Of a stretch of 64,000 nucleotides of DNA, positions 1 through 10,699 are shown piece by piece (position 1 is the first letter of the stretch; each line of letters begins with the position of its first letter). This stretch comes from Spartobacteria bacterium (GTDB taxonomy: Bacteria; Verrucomicrobiota; Verrucomicrobiia; Chthoniobacterales; UBA6821). Made by a program: the position numbers and the translations under genes. The stretch covers positions 31,170-95,169 of the forward strand of contig CANIVT010000009.1 of the NCBI GenBank assembly GCA_947471565.1, given 5' to 3'. The notes below the pieces were generated by a model. That model did not search any database. It was given only the letters and a program-made list of their open reading frames with translations, and was not told where the DNA came from.

Positions 1-51
1 AGGGTAAGCCAGTCCTCTTTAACGTGGAGACCCTCTCCTGATTTTCACCCG

Positions 52-1155
52 ATGAAGCAACCTTCCAACGACTGCGGCGTGATCGCGCGATACCGCGAGT
101 TCCTTCCCGTCACAGACGCGACACCCGTCATCTCGTTGAGCGAGGGTTCCACGCCCCTCATCCACTCGCCCAAGCTGAGCGCCATCACCGGCGGGGAAGT
201 TTACGTCAAGTACGAGGGACTCAATCCCACCGGATCCTTCAAGGATCGCGGCATGACCATGGCGATCTCGAAGGCAGCCGAGGAGGGAGCCCACACCGTG
301 CTCTGCGCCTCCACGGGAAACACCTCCGCCGCCGCCGCTGCCTACGCTGCGCGCGCAGGGATGAAATGCGCCGTCCTTCTTCCCGCAGGCCGCATCGCCG
401 GGGGCAAGATGGTCCAGGCCTACATCTACGGGGCCAGCGTCATCGCGATCCGGGGTAACTTTGACGACGCACTCCGCCTTGTGCGCGAACTGGGCGAGAC
501 CGGAGACTTCGCCATCGTCAATTCGATCAATCCCTACCGCATCGAGGGGCAGAAGACCGCAGCCTTCGAGATCATCGAGGAGCTCGGCAATGCGCCCGAC
601 ATCCACATTCTGCCCGTCGGCAATGCCGGCAACATCACCGCCTACTGGAAGGGTTACAAGGAGTTCAAGGAACTCGGGCGTAGCGGAAAGCTGCCGAGAA
701 TGCTCGGCGTGCAGGCCGCAGGAGCCGCCCCCCTCTACCATGGTGCCCCGATGGACAACCCCGAGACCGTGGCCACGGCCATTCGGATCGGTCGTCCGGC
801 CAGCTGGGATGGAGCAAAGGCCGCCGTTTCCGAATCGGGTGGCTGCTTCGAGATCGTCGAGGACTCCGAAATTTTGGCCGCCCAGAAATGGCTCGCCGCC
901 AACGAGGGGATCTTTGTCGAACCGGCCAGCGCCGCCCCTGTTGCCGCCCTTTTTAAATGCTTTAACCGCTGCGGGAAAACCACGCAGTGCGACTGCTGTC
1001 CCTTCCGCCAGATCCAACCGGGTGCCAAAGTGGTCCTTACCGTCACCGGCCACGGACTCAAGGATCCCGACACGGCCAAGCACGCCGTCACCGCCCCGAT
1101 CGAGACCGACGCCACGGCCCAAGCCGTCCGTGAAGCCCTGGCCAAAATAGGCTGA
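52..1155 (+). CDS. thrC: threonine synthase
   Basis: 367-aa ORF with the PLP-lysine motif '[15 protein letters not shown]', then '[12 protein letters not shown]' and C-terminal 'TGHGLKDPD'. It lies directly upstream of aspartokinase. Confidence 0.92.
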   Translation: MKQPSNDCGVIARYREFLPVTDATPVISLSEGSTPLIHSPKLSAITGGEVYVKYEGLNPTGSFKDRGMTMAISKAAEEGAHTVLCASTGNTSAAAAAYAARAGMKCAVLLPAGRIAGGKMVQAYIYGASVIAIRGNFDDALRLVRELGETGDFAIVNSINPYRIEGQKTAAFEIIEELGNAPDIHILPVGNAGNITAYWKGYKEFKELGRSGKLPRMLGVQAAGAAPLYHGAPMDNPETVATAIRIGRPASWDGAKAAVSESGGCFEIVEDSEILAAQKWLAANEGIFVEPASAAPVAALFKCFNRCGKTTQCDCCPFRQIQPGAKVVLTVTGHGLKDPDTAKHAVTAPIETDATAQAVREALAKIG

Positions 1156-1198
1156 ATCCAAGCCCTCAACTTTCGTCTCTCGACACTCGACTCACCCC

Positions 1199-2416
1199 AT
1201 GGCTCTTATCGTCCAGAAATACGGTGGCACCTCGGTAGGCAATCCCGAGAGGATACGCAATGTCGCCAAGCGTCTGCTCGAAACACAGCGTGAGGGGAAC
1301 TCCGTCGTCGCCATCGTCTCCGCGATGTCGGGTGTGACCGATTCCTTGATCAAGCTGGCCAAGGAGGTCTCCCCGAAGCCGACCGAGCGCGAGATGGACG
1401 TTCTTCTCTCGACCGGAGAGCAGACCACGATGGCCCTTGCCGCCATGGCGATCCAGGCAATGGGTGGCAAGGCCGTCTCACTCACAGGAGCGCAGGCGGG
1501 CATCGTCACCAACGGCATCCACACCAAGGCCAAGATCAGCAACATCACCCCGGACCAGATCCGCAAGCACCTCGAACGTGACGAGATCGTCATCATCGCC
1601 GGCTTCCAGGGCGAGACGGAGGAGGGTGATATCACGACCCTCGGACGCGGAGGATCAGACCTCACCGCCATCGCGGTCGCCTCGGCCATCGGCGCCGACA
1701 TCTGCCAGATCTTCACCGATGTCGACGGGGTCTACACCTGCGATCCCCGGATCGTGCCGAGCGCAAAAAAAATCCAGGAGATCTCCTACGACGAAATGCT
1801 GGAGATGGCCTCAAGCGGCTCCAAGGTCATGCAGTCCCGCTCGGTCGAGTTCGCCAAGAAATTCGGAGTGATCTTCGAGGTGCGCAGCAGCTTCAACAAC
1901 AACCCAGGAACCATCGTGAAAGAAGAAACCGCAGGAATGGAACAGGTCGTCGTGCGCGGCGTCAGCGTCGAGCGCAATCAGGCCAAGGTCACCGTCGCCC
2001 ATGTCCCCGACAAGCCGGGATGCGCCGCTCGCCTCTTTACCGCGCTGGCCGACGCCCATGTTATGGTCGACGTGATCGTTCAGAACGTTTCCGAGAGCGG
2101 CTCGACCGACATCTCCTTCACGATGAACCGTGACGAACTCGACAAGATCGGTGATCTCGTCGACCGCGTCGCCGCCGAGATCGGTGCCGGCAAGGTCACC
2201 AAGCAGGGTGGCATCGCCAAACTCAGCGTGGTGGGCATCGGCATGCGTACCCACTCCGGCGTGGCTGCAAAGCTGTTCGAAGCCCTCGCCAAGGGCGGGA
2301 TCAATATCCAGATGATCTCCACCTCCGAGATCAAGATCGCCGTCATCCTCGACGAGGAAAAAATTACCGACGCGGCTAAATTGGCTCACGCGGCCTTTGA
2401 TCTGGACGTGGTCTGA
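1199..2416 (+). CDS. lysC: aspartate kinase
   Basis: 405 aa. N-terminus '[14 protein letters not shown]', then 'GRGGSDLTA', with a C-terminal tandem ACT-like region. Confidence 0.94.
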   Translation: MALIVQKYGGTSVGNPERIRNVAKRLLETQREGNSVVAIVSAMSGVTDSLIKLAKEVSPKPTEREMDVLLSTGEQTTMALAAMAIQAMGGKAVSLTGAQAGIVTNGIHTKAKISNITPDQIRKHLERDEIVIIAGFQGETEEGDITTLGRGGSDLTAIAVASAIGADICQIFTDVDGVYTCDPRIVPSAKKIQEISYDEMLEMASSGSKVMQSRSVEFAKKFGVIFEVRSSFNNNPGTIVKEETAGMEQVVVRGVSVERNQAKVTVAHVPDKPGCAARLFTALADAHVMVDVIVQNVSESGSTDISFTMNRDELDKIGDLVDRVAAEIGAGKVTKQGGIAKLSVVGIGMRTHSGVAAKLFEALAKGGINIQMISTSEIKIAVILDEEKITDAAKLAHAAFDLDVV

Positions 2417-2437
2417 CGGACAGCCCTCATCAGGACA

Positions 2438-3220
2438 ATGAGCCAAGGATCTCCCCTCATTCCCTTCGGCAGGGGGGTCCTGGTGACGGGGAGCGAGCGG
2501 GGCATCGGTTTGGAAGCAGCAAGGGTTTTTGCCAAGGCGGGTTGCGACATTGTCCTCAACTATCCAGGACAAGGAGACTGCGCCGAACGGGAAGCTTCTG
2601 GAATCATGGCTGAATTCGGCGTGAAGGCATGTGCACTTAAGGCGGATGTGGCTGTTCCTGACCAAGCCAGAAAGCTTGTCCAAGATGCGGATTCTCTGCT
2701 TGGGGGACTGGACATCGTGGTCTGCAATGCAGGGATCTGCCGTTTCCTTTCGTTTCTCGAGATTTCGGACGAAGAGTGGAATGCGCACATCGCCACGAAC
2801 CTCAACGGTTCCTTCTACGTTTCCCAAGAAGCCGCAAAAATCATGGTGAAGCGTGGCAGCGGGGGGAGAATCATCCTTGTTACCAGCGTCGGGTCCTTTC
2901 GATCGAACCCCACTCAAACGCATTACTGCACAAGCAAGGGGGGGCAGAATCTTCTGATGCAGGGTATGGCTTTGGAGCTCGCTCCGCATGGCATCCTTGT
3001 CAACGCCGTTGCGCCCGGTTGGATTCACACGGACATCAACGATGCGTCCTCCAAGGATCCAGCCGTGACCGAACCATGGCTGAGCACCCATTGTCCTGCG
3101 GGCAGACTGGGATCACCATCCGACTTGGGCTCCGCCTTCCTTTTGCTTGGCAGCCGCGATGCGGGCTATATCAACGGCTCGACCATCACCGTGGACGGCG
3201 GTTGGTCGGCCCAACTCTGA
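2438..3220 (+). CDS. SDR-family oxidoreductase (3-oxoacyl-ACP reductase/glucose dehydrogenase-like)
   Basis: 260 aa. Rossmann motif 'VTGSERGIG', 'NAGI', and catalytic YxxxK ('YCTSK'). Confidence 0.85.
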   Translation: MSQGSPLIPFGRGVLVTGSERGIGLEAARVFAKAGCDIVLNYPGQGDCAEREASGIMAEFGVKACALKADVAVPDQARKLVQDADSLLGGLDIVVCNAGICRFLSFLEISDEEWNAHIATNLNGSFYVSQEAAKIMVKRGSGGRIILVTSVGSFRSNPTQTHYCTSKGGQNLLMQGMALELAPHGILVNAVAPGWIHTDINDASSKDPAVTEPWLSTHCPAGRLGSPSDLGSAFLLLGSRDAGYINGSTITVDGGWSAQL

Positions 3221-3240
3221 ATCCTTTCTCCCCGAACCCG

Positions 3241-6162
3241 ATGCACCAAACCACGTTCAATCGCACTGCGCTTGTTGCCGCTCTCTTTTCGCTTACTCCC
3301 TTGGTCTCTTCCGGCGAAATCGCTTCATCACCAGATCACCCTCCGACGCTTGAGGATTCGTGGAATAAGACGCCGCTCCAAGCCAGAACCCGAGCATACT
3401 GGTGGTGGCTTAACGGCAATGTCACCCCTGCCGCGATCACAAAGGATCTGGAATGGATGAAGGGTGTTGGCATGGGGGGGGGCCTCGTTTTTGACGCCGA
3501 TGGTGCATCACAGGGAGGTCACGATCACGTGCCGGCCGGACCTCTTTTCGGATCTGCGGAGTGGAGAAGGCTTTTCCTGCACACCCTCCGCGAGGCGGAC
3601 AGGCTGGGATTGGAAATCGGCCTCAATATCACCAGCGGCTGGAACACAGGCGGCCCCATCGTGACACCGGACAAGGCCGCGAAGCTCGTCACATGGTCGG
3701 CGATACGGATTCAGGGACCCAAACAGGTCGACGAAACACTGCCGATGCCGGAATCTCGTGACGGCTTTTACCACCCTTCCTTTTTGCTGGCATGCCGCCT
3801 GAGGCCCGGCGCTCCAGTGCCAGCCTACCGGAATCAATCGGGATCCCAGTCCGACATGGTTGACAAGTTCTCGAATCATGCAAAAGCGCTTCCCGCAGTC
3901 GTTTCCAGTAGGGCGCAGCCGATCAGGAATCTTCGTGAAAAGTGTGGCTTTTCGGAGTTGGGTGGAAGCGCCAGTGATTGCACCCCCCTGCTTTTTGACA
4001 TCCCCGGAACCGACGGGGAACAGGATATCGCGACCACGGACGATGTGATCGATATCAGCGATAAACTTGATGAATCGGGAAAACTCCGCTGGGATGCGCC
4101 GCCCGGAGAGTGGATGATCCTGCGCTTCGGCTACACTTCCAACGGGGCACGCGTCTCGACCTCCAGTGGAAATTGGCAGGGACCCGTCCTCGACTACTTG
4201 GATGCCGATGCGATGCGCTGGTACTGGGACAGCGTGATTAGGCCCATCATCTCGGAGGCAGGCCCCCTCGCTGGAAGGAGTTGGAAGATGATCCAAACGG
4301 ACAGTTGGGAACTCGGGGGCGTCAACTGGACCGGAAACTTCCCGGAGGAATTCAAATCGAGGCGCGGTTACGACATCCGCCCATGGATGCCGGTGCTCTC
4401 CGGCCTCATCGTGAAAAGCCGTGAGTCGAGCAACCGTTTCCTGGCCGATTACCGGCGGACGATCGCGGACTGCATCGCCGACAACCACTATGGCACGATG
4501 GCAGCGCTTGCCGCTCGACATGGCATGGGCATCCAACCCGAATCGGCTGGTCCTCATACCGCTCCGATTGACGGTCAGATGTGCTACGGACGCAGTACGT
4601 GGCCGATGAGCGAGTTCTGGGTTCCATCCCCGCACCGGCCCTCGGACGAGAAGCGCTTCTTTGTGAAACAGGCCGCCAGCGCCGCGCACACCTATGGCAA
4701 ACCGTTGACCTGTGCCGAAGGCTTCACCTCCATCGGCCCGCAGTGGAACGACACCCTATGGTCATCCCAAAAACCCAGCTTCGATCACGAGGCCTGCGCC
4801 GGTCTAAACCTTGTGTTCTGGCATGCCTTTACCTGTTCGCCCAAGGAAGCAGGTCTTCCGGGACAGGAATATTTTGCCGGCACGCATTTCAATCCGCAGA
4901 TCACCTGGGCAAAGCAGGCCCCCGCTTTCATAGGTTACCTCAATAGATGCCAGTCCCTGCTCCAGCGCGGACAGTTCGTTGCCGACGTGCTCCAATACTA
5001 CGGCAACCACGTTCCCAACATAGCCCGACTCAAGCAGGATGACCCTGCCAAGGTTCTTCCCCATTACGATTACGACACGGTCAACGAAGAAATTCTGCTA
5101 CGCGCAAAATCCGAGAAGGGCCTTGTGACGCTTCCCTCGGGCATGAGCTACAGAATCCTCGTCCTCCCGAAAGCACCCATCCTCTCCCTGTCGGCCGCGC
5201 GTAAAATCCGGGAACTTGCGCAGGAAGGAGCCGTGATCATCGGACCAAAACCTGAGCGCGCCACCGGGCTTGACGACGATGCCGAGGTTCGACGCATCGG
5301 CGACGAGCTTTGGAATTCCGGAAAGATTAGAGATATCCCGGCCTTGAAGGCGCTCTCAGAAATGGGAATCACGCCCGATGTGGAGGGAATCGCCGACTGG
5401 ATTCACCGCAAGGATGGGGAGACCGACATCTACTTCTTAAGCAATCAGAAAAGGGAACCGTTCCAAGGAGAGGTCAAGTTCCGCATCGCGGGGAAAAAAC
5501 CGGAATTCTGGGATCCCGTCACGGGATCCCGATGCTCAGCGACTGACTTCGGAGAGGCGGATGGTCGCACATCCGTTCCGATCGATCTCCCTCCCTACGG
5601 ATCGCTTTTCGTGATTTTTCGCGATGGGTTGCAGGTCAAAACACCGCATGGATCGAACTTCCCCTCATTCACGACAATCTCGGAACTCCGAGGCCCTTGG
5701 GATGTCGCATTCGGTCCGCACTGGGGTGCTCCGGAAAAGGTAGTCTTCGAAACTCTCTCCGATTGGATCAAGAACCCCGATGGGGGAATCCGTAACTACA
5801 GTGGCACGGCGGTCTACTCGAAAACTTTCGATCTGCCGGAGAATGTTCATGCCGGAGAAAAGCTCTTTCTGGATCTCGGCGACGTCCATGAAATTGCGGA
5901 AGTGACGCTGAACGGCAGGAATCTTGGTGTCCTTTGGTTTCCGCCTCTCCGCGTGGAAATCTCCGACTCGGTGAAGGAAAAAGACAACCTCCTTGAGATC
6001 AAGGTGGTGAATACCTGGTACAACCGCATCCTCGCGGACCAATCCTTGCCAAAAGGTAAGAGGATGACCTCCACGAACATCCGCCTCGCATCGAAAGCCA
6101 CACCAGTAAGTTCCGGCCTTCTCGGCCCGGTGACACTGCTGAAACCCTCCCTAAATCGCTGA
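3241..6162 (+). CDS. secreted glycoside hydrolase (GH106/GH2-sugar-binding-like; family uncertain)
   Basis: The ORF 2776..6162 is trimmed to ATG 3241, where a signal peptide begins ('MHQTTFNRTALVAALFSLTPLVSSG'). It has the motif 'YWWWLNGNV' and a C-terminal jelly-roll-like 'VTLNGRNLGVLWFPP...IKVVNTWYNRI'. The family assignment is from memory only. Confidence 0.65.
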   Translation: MHQTTFNRTALVAALFSLTPLVSSGEIASSPDHPPTLEDSWNKTPLQARTRAYWWWLNGNVTPAAITKDLEWMKGVGMGGGLVFDADGASQGGHDHVPAGPLFGSAEWRRLFLHTLREADRLGLEIGLNITSGWNTGGPIVTPDKAAKLVTWSAIRIQGPKQVDETLPMPESRDGFYHPSFLLACRLRPGAPVPAYRNQSGSQSDMVDKFSNHAKALPAVVSSRAQPIRNLREKCGFSELGGSASDCTPLLFDIPGTDGEQDIATTDDVIDISDKLDESGKLRWDAPPGEWMILRFGYTSNGARVSTSSGNWQGPVLDYLDADAMRWYWDSVIRPIISEAGPLAGRSWKMIQTDSWELGGVNWTGNFPEEFKSRRGYDIRPWMPVLSGLIVKSRESSNRFLADYRRTIADCIADNHYGTMAALAARHGMGIQPESAGPHTAPIDGQMCYGRSTWPMSEFWVPSPHRPSDEKRFFVKQAASAAHTYGKPLTCAEGFTSIGPQWNDTLWSSQKPSFDHEACAGLNLVFWHAFTCSPKEAGLPGQEYFAGTHFNPQITWAKQAPAFIGYLNRCQSLLQRGQFVADVLQYYGNHVPNIARLKQDDPAKVLPHYDYDTVNEEILLRAKSEKGLVTLPSGMSYRILVLPKAPILSLSAARKIRELAQEGAVIIGPKPERATGLDDDAEVRRIGDELWNSGKIRDIPALKALSEMGITPDVEGIADWIHRKDGETDIYFLSNQKREPFQGEVKFRIAGKKPEFWDPVTGSRCSATDFGEADGRTSVPIDLPPYGSLFVIFRDGLQVKTPHGSNFPSFTTISELRGPWDVAFGPHWGAPEKVVFETLSDWIKNPDGGIRNYSGTAVYSKTFDLPENVHAGEKLFLDLGDVHEIAEVTLNGRNLGVLWFPPLRVEISDSVKEKDNLLEIKVVNTWYNRILADQSLPKGKRMTSTNIRLASKATPVSSGLLGPVTLLKPSLNR

Positions 6163-6210
6163 CTATCACCTAATCCGATCGGGTTGGTAATAAAGGCGCC
6201 GGACGGGGTA

Positions 6211-6441
6211 CTACTCCAAAATCTCAACGGCTACTTTCTGACCCTGCAACTCGGCTGCAGTAGAAAGGAGATCCCTGATGGCCTTGATGGTCGCGCCACC
6301 TTTGCCGATGAGGCGCCCGATATCGCCCCGGTTGATCTCCAAGAGGTAGGTGGTTTTCCCCTTCTCCTCACGGTGGTTGATTCCCACCTCGTCGGGATAC
6401 TCGACGAGCTTCCCCACCACATAGCGGAGAAACTCGTCCAT
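6211..6441 (-). CDS. KH-domain RNA-binding protein (YlqC/UPF0109 family)
   Basis: 76 aa with the GxxG KH motif 'IGKGGATIKAIR'. Conserved position downstream of rpsP. Confidence 0.85.
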   Translation of the reverse strand: MDEFLRYVVGKLVEYPDEVGINHREEKGKTTYLLEINRGDIGRLIGKGGATIKAIRDLLSTAAELQGQKVAVEILE

Positions 6442-6451
6442 CGCCGAAATA

Positions 6452-6709
6452 TCAGGCGGCGGCGCCGGAGGCCTTTCTGGCCTTGTTGATAAAACTCATG
6501 ACCGTCTGGGAGGCGCGGGCGCCAACGCTGAGCCAATACTCGGCGCGTGTCAGATCGATCTTGTAGTTGTCACCGGCCTGCTTCGGATCGTAGTGACCGA
6601 TGAGCTCGATGAACTTGCCGTCACGCGGGCTGCGCTGATCGGCCACCGCGATGCGGTAGAAGGGATGGTTGCGGGCGCCTTCGCGGCGGAGTCGGATTGC
6701 TACTGCCAT
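6452..6709 (-). CDS. rpsP: 30S ribosomal protein S16
   Basis: 85 aa starting 'MAVAIRLRREGARNHPFYRIAVADQRSPRDGKFIE'. Confidence 0.95.
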   Translation of the reverse strand: MAVAIRLRREGARNHPFYRIAVADQRSPRDGKFIELIGHYDPKQAGDNYKIDLTRAEYWLSVGARASQTVMSFINKARKASGAAA

Positions 6710-8097
6710 GGGAGTCGGGTCGGTAAGGAGTTATTTGGGGCGAGGCCTGCCGCTCCGCCGGAAGCGAAACGGGACATCATTTTTTTCATTTTCCCGGTGT
6801 TCTTGGCCAGTTTTTTCATCTGGCTGAACCTCAGGATCAGGTTGTTGACCTCGGTGACGGAATTTCCACTGCCGCGGGCGATTCGCTGGCGACGGCGCGC
6901 GTTGAGGATCTCGGGGCGCTTCCGTTCGCCGGGCGTCATCGAGAGGATGATCGCTTCGGTCCGCTGCAGCTCGTTTCCATTCACTGCGGGAGTAGGCAGG
7001 TTAGACATCCCGGGGATCATGCCAAGCAGATTTTCAAGGGGGCCCATCCGTTTGATCATCCGGAGCTGGGTCAGGAAATCCTCCAGATCGAAGGAGGCGT
7101 TCTTCATTTTGGCCTCCAAGCGGCCCATCTCCTCCATCTCGACCGCCTCGGCAGCTTTCTCCACAAGGCCAACAATATCTCCCATGCCGAGGATACGGGA
7201 TGCAAGTCGTTCCGGGTAAAAGGGTTCGAACTGATCGACCTTCTCGCCGACACCGGCGAATTTGATCGGCCGTCCCGTCACCGAACGAAGGGAGAGGGCC
7301 GCGCCGCCTCGGGCATCGCCGTCGAGCTTGGTCAATACCAACCCGGTCAGCCCCAGAGCGGCATGAAACTTCTCAGCCACGCTGACCGCCTGCTGGCCGG
7401 TGGCCGCATCGCAGACGAGCAGAATCTCCTGGGGGCGAATCAGCTCCTTCAGGCGGACGAGTTCCCCGACAAGGTCATCGTCGATCTCACGGCGACCAGC
7501 CGTGTCGTAGATCTCGACATTCCCACCCTGCTTCTCGCACCAGGCGAGTCCCTGTCGGGCGGCGGCAAGGACATCCTTCTGCGCGGGGTCGGGGCGGAAG
7601 ACCGGCACCTCGATCTGCTCGCCAAGGGTCGCCAATTGGTCGATGGCCGCAGGTCGAACCAGATCGAGCGCGACGAGGAGCGGAGTGCGGGGAGCCTCCC
7701 CCTTCATGGTGCTGAAGAGACCCGGGTTCTTGAGAAGCCGGGCAAGCTTCGCCGAGGAGGTGGTCTTGCCGGCGCCGTTGAGACCGACCATCAGAATGCG
7801 GGTCGGCTTGCCGTGGTTGATCGGTTCGTTGTCGCCGCCGAGGAGCGCGGTCAGTTCGTCCTGGAAGATTTTGACGATCTGCTGACCGGGCGTGACGCTC
7901 TTGAGGACCTCCTCGCCGAGGGCACGCTCCTTGACCTTGGCGATGAACTCCTTAGCAACGGCGAAGTGAACGTCGGCATCGAGCAGAGCCAGACGGACCT
8001 CGCGCAGGGCATCGGAAACGTTCGCCTCGGAGAGCCGACCGTGACCCCGGAGGTTCTTGAAGGTCTGCTGAAGCTTGTCGGAGAGATTGGAGAACAT
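6700..8097 (-). CDS. ffh: signal recognition particle protein Ffh
   Basis: 465 aa. N-domain 'MFSNLSDKLQ..LRG', GTPase motifs 'GLNGAGKTT', 'DTAGR' and 'TKLDGDARGG', and a Met-rich M domain. The 3' end overlaps the rpsP start by 10 nt. Confidence 0.95.
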   Translation of the reverse strand: MFSNLSDKLQQTFKNLRGHGRLSEANVSDALREVRLALLDADVHFAVAKEFIAKVKERALGEEVLKSVTPGQQIVKIFQDELTALLGGDNEPINHGKPTRILMVGLNGAGKTTSSAKLARLLKNPGLFSTMKGEAPRTPLLVALDLVRPAAIDQLATLGEQIEVPVFRPDPAQKDVLAAARQGLAWCEKQGGNVEIYDTAGRREIDDDLVGELVRLKELIRPQEILLVCDAATGQQAVSVAEKFHAALGLTGLVLTKLDGDARGGAALSLRSVTGRPIKFAGVGEKVDQFEPFYPERLASRILGMGDIVGLVEKAAEAVEMEEMGRLEAKMKNASFDLEDFLTQLRMIKRMGPLENLLGMIPGMSNLPTPAVNGNELQRTEAIILSMTPGERKRPEILNARRRQRIARGSGNSVTEVNNLILRFSQMKKLAKNTGKMKKMMSRFASGGAAGLAPNNSLPTRLPWQ

Positions 8098-8153
8098 GCG
8101 AAAAGTGACGGGTGAAAGGTTAAAAAGTGAAAAACAGGATCAGGGAGTCGCTA

Positions 8154-8501
8154 TCATGGCGCGAGATGGTCACCATGCATTTCCACAAGGGAGTTTGAAC
8201 CGAATGCCTCGATGATACCGGGGAGGTGTCGCTGAAAAAGGTCCCCCAATTCCTTGAGGCGCATATTACCGACCCTGACCAACAGCAGTTTCTCGGGGCG
8301 ACCATTCAAAAGATGGGAGAAGTAAAAGTCGGAATCCTTGGTAACAAGAATCCATCCCTCTTTTGCGCTCTTGGCGGCTATTTCGGCATCGGGAGTGTTG
8401 TTGCCCTCTGGAAGTTCCAAGGTATAAACAGCCTCATGCCCCGCGGACTGAATGAGTCCGCGAAGGGATGGAGGCAACTGCGCGTCGATCAGGAACTTCA
8501 C
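8154..8501 (-). CDS. DUF5615-family PIN-like putative toxin
   Basis: Core sequence 'KFLIDAQLPPSL...ILVTKDSDF'. I place the start at GTG 8501..8499, which forms a GTGA overlap with the stop of the upstream DUF433 gene. The maximal ORF extends to 8558. Confidence 0.7.
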   Translation of the reverse strand: MKFLIDAQLPPSLRGLIQSAGHEAVYTLELPEGNNTPDAEIAAKSAKEGWILVTKDSDFYFSHLLNGRPEKLLLVRVGNMRLKELGDLFQRHLPGIIEAFGSNSLVEMHGDHLAP

Positions 8502-8728
8502 GCGAGTTCCAAATGAACTCCACGACCCTTGAGCGATCGGGCGGCAAACTCCAGACAAGCAAGAAGATCCTGTCGCTCAAGATCGGGAAATTCTTCCAAG
8601 ACATCATCGATGGAATCCCCTGCTGCAAGATACTCCAGCAAGGACTCGACGGGATAACGAAGGCCCCGCACCACGGGCTTTCCATGGCAGATTTCCGGAT
8701 CGATAACGATACGGTCGAGGAGGCTCAT
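8498..8728 (-). CDS. DUF433-family putative antitoxin
   Basis: 76 aa. 'IVIDPEICHGKPVVRGLRYPVESLLEYLAAGDSIDDVLEEFPDL' is the typical DUF433 signature. Confidence 0.8.
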   Translation of the reverse strand: MSLLDRIVIDPEICHGKPVVRGLRYPVESLLEYLAAGDSIDDVLEEFPDLERQDLLACLEFAARSLKGRGVHLELA

Positions 8729-8805
8729 CAGATTAGCAAACGGCAGGAACCCCGCGTTGTCAACTGGGGTGGATGAACCATTCCCTCCTAGGGATTTGAA
8801 GCCTT

Positions 8806-9840
8806 CTACGGCAGAAGTTCCTGCTGGGCGTCGGAGGCGCGGTTCTTGGGAGCGGGCAAACCGATCTTCGCGTAGGCCTTGGGCATGGCAACGCGGCCTT
8901 GCGGGGTACGGGAAACATAACCCTGCATGATCAGGTAAGGCTCATGGACATCCTCGAGGGTCCCAGGTTCCTCGCCCACGGCCACGGCCAGGGAGTTGAG
9001 CCCGACGGGACCGCCGCCGAACTTGTGGATGAGCGACTCAATGATCCGCTTGTCCATCTCATCGAATCCGTCGGCATCAATGTCGAGCATCTCGAGGGCC
9101 CGGGAAGCCGATTCCTTGTCGACGATCCCGCCGGCACGGACCTGTGCATAGTCGCGGACCCACCGCAGGAGGTTGTTTGCGATTCGGGGGGTGCCGCGCG
9201 AGCGCCGTGCCACTTCAAGCGCCCCCTCGGCATCGATGGTCATGCCGAGCAAGCCGCCGGTACGCAGGACGATCTTCCTCAACTCCTCGGCCTCGTAGTA
9301 GTCGAGGCGGCAGGTCATCCCAAAGCGCGAACGAAGCGGCGAGCTGATCATGCCGGCTCGCGTGGTGGCACCGATTAATGTGAAACGGGCAAGATTCAGG
9401 CGCACGCTGCGGGCGTTAGGCCCTTGGTCGATCATGATATCGACGCGGAAGTCCTCCATCGCCGGGTAGAGATACTCCTCGATGGCGGGTTGCAGGCGGT
9501 GAATCTCGTCGATGAAGAGGACTCCGCCGCGCGGCATCGTTGTGAGGAGACCGGCGAGATCACCCGCCTTCTCGATGGTCGGGCCGCTGGTCGTGCGGAC
9601 CTCCGCCCCCATGGCGTTACCGAGGATGTAGGCGAGGGTCGTCTTGCCAAGACCGGGAGGACCGCTCAGCAGAATATGCTGAAGTGGTTCATCGCGCTGG
9701 CGGGCCGCCTCGACCAGAAGCAGGAGGCGCTCGATCGTCTTGGGTTGGCCGCAGAACTCCTCGAACATCGGCGGCCGCAGCGACACATCGAACGGCGTGT
9801 CGGGAGCCTCGGGATCGATGGAAAAATCCTCGGAGTTCAT
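8806..9840 (-). CDS. ruvB: Holliday junction branch migration helicase RuvB
   Basis: 344 aa. Walker A 'GPPGLGKTT', '[10 protein letters not shown]', and a C-terminal winged helix. Confidence 0.96.
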   Translation of the reverse strand: MNSEDFSIDPEAPDTPFDVSLRPPMFEEFCGQPKTIERLLLLVEAARQRDEPLQHILLSGPPGLGKTTLAYILGNAMGAEVRTTSGPTIEKAGDLAGLLTTMPRGGVLFIDEIHRLQPAIEEYLYPAMEDFRVDIMIDQGPNARSVRLNLARFTLIGATTRAGMISSPLRSRFGMTCRLDYYEAEELRKIVLRTGGLLGMTIDAEGALEVARRSRGTPRIANNLLRWVRDYAQVRAGGIVDKESASRALEMLDIDADGFDEMDKRIIESLIHKFGGGPVGLNSLAVAVGEEPGTLEDVHEPYLIMQGYVSRTPQGRVAMPKAYAKIGLPAPKNRASDAQQELLP

Positions 9841-10679
9841 GACAGGGCCTCCTCAAACGCGGCAAGGCCGGCGCGGATCCCATCGGGATCGCGCAGAAGA
9901 GATGTGCCTACCAGCGCGGCATGGAATTTCTTCGCAACGGAGGCGACATTCCCGGCATCAAGGCCGCTCTCGGCGACGCGGATCGTCCCAGTGGGGAGAC
10001 GATCGACCAGATCAAAGGTATCGAGCCGGATGCTGAAATCCTTCTCGGAAGAACCGGCGCCACCGACAGCGGCGAATCCGGCGGAATCTTCCGGCGCCTT
10101 GAATCGGCGGCTATTGATTCCGACGATCCGAGCTTGTGACGGCAGGGCCGCCACCTCCTCCTCGTCATGGACCTCAAAGAGGGATTCCATGCCGAGTTCG
10201 AGGGCCAGCTCGTGAAATCCTTTCAGTCGTGCCGCGTCGAGGACGCTAGCCATCAGCAGGATCGCATCCGCCCCAAAGGCCCTCGCCTCACGCACCTGGT
10301 ATTCCTCCAGGATGAAATCTTTCCGAAGGACCGGCTTGGAAACCATGGATCGGATCTCCTTCAAATGCTCCATGCTCCCACTGAAATGCCGTTCATTCGT
10401 CAGCACGGAGATGGCTCTCACAGCGCTGCTCTCCTCGTAGGCACTGGGTGCCTCGGCGACATTCTCCGTCCGCATCGCTCCGACACTTGGGGAGCAGGCC
10501 TTGATCTCGGCGATCAGGCCAAAGGAAGACTCCAGTGCCGCATCCAGAGGACGTACCGGCGGTGCATCGGCGATCATGGCGCGCACATCCGCGAGTGACC
10601 GGAGGCGCTTCGCCCCGTCGATCTCCACGCGGACATCGGCAAGGATCCGGTCGAGGATCGTGGGAGCGGAAGAGGCCAT
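9837..10679 (-). CDS. trpC: indole-3-glycerol phosphate synthase
   Basis: 280 aa with 'AEIKACSPS', '[11 protein letters not shown]', '[25 protein letters not shown]' and 'VGINSR'. A 4-nt ATGA overlap joins it to ruvB. There is a ~25-aa insertion after 'GINSRR'. Confidence 0.85.
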   Translation of the reverse strand: MASSAPTILDRILADVRVEIDGAKRLRSLADVRAMIADAPPVRPLDAALESSFGLIAEIKACSPSVGAMRTENVAEAPSAYEESSAVRAISVLTNERHFSGSMEHLKEIRSMVSKPVLRKDFILEEYQVREARAFGADAILLMASVLDAARLKGFHELALELGMESLFEVHDEEEVAALPSQARIVGINSRRFKAPEDSAGFAAVGGAGSSEKDFSIRLDTFDLVDRLPTGTIRVAESGLDAGNVASVAKKFHAALVGTSLLRDPDGIRAGLAAFEEALS

Positions 10680-10699
10680 GAGAATTCAGTTCTATCGCT

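Noticed and set aside
19-1161. 380-aa ORF antisense to thrC
   Set aside because: This is the typical long antisense ORF of high-GC DNA. The translation is Gly/Arg/Asp-rich and low in complexity, while the opposite strand carries an unmistakable ThrC.
1811-3091. 426-aa minus-strand ORF spanning the lysC 3' end and the SDR gene
   Set aside because: It overlaps two well-supported plus-strand genes and has no recognisable motifs. It is an artefact of GC-rich, stop-poor frames.
2776-3240. N-terminal 155-aa extension of the glycoside hydrolase ORF
   Set aside because: It overlaps the SDR gene in another frame. A canonical signal peptide begins at ATG 3241, so the extension is not coding.
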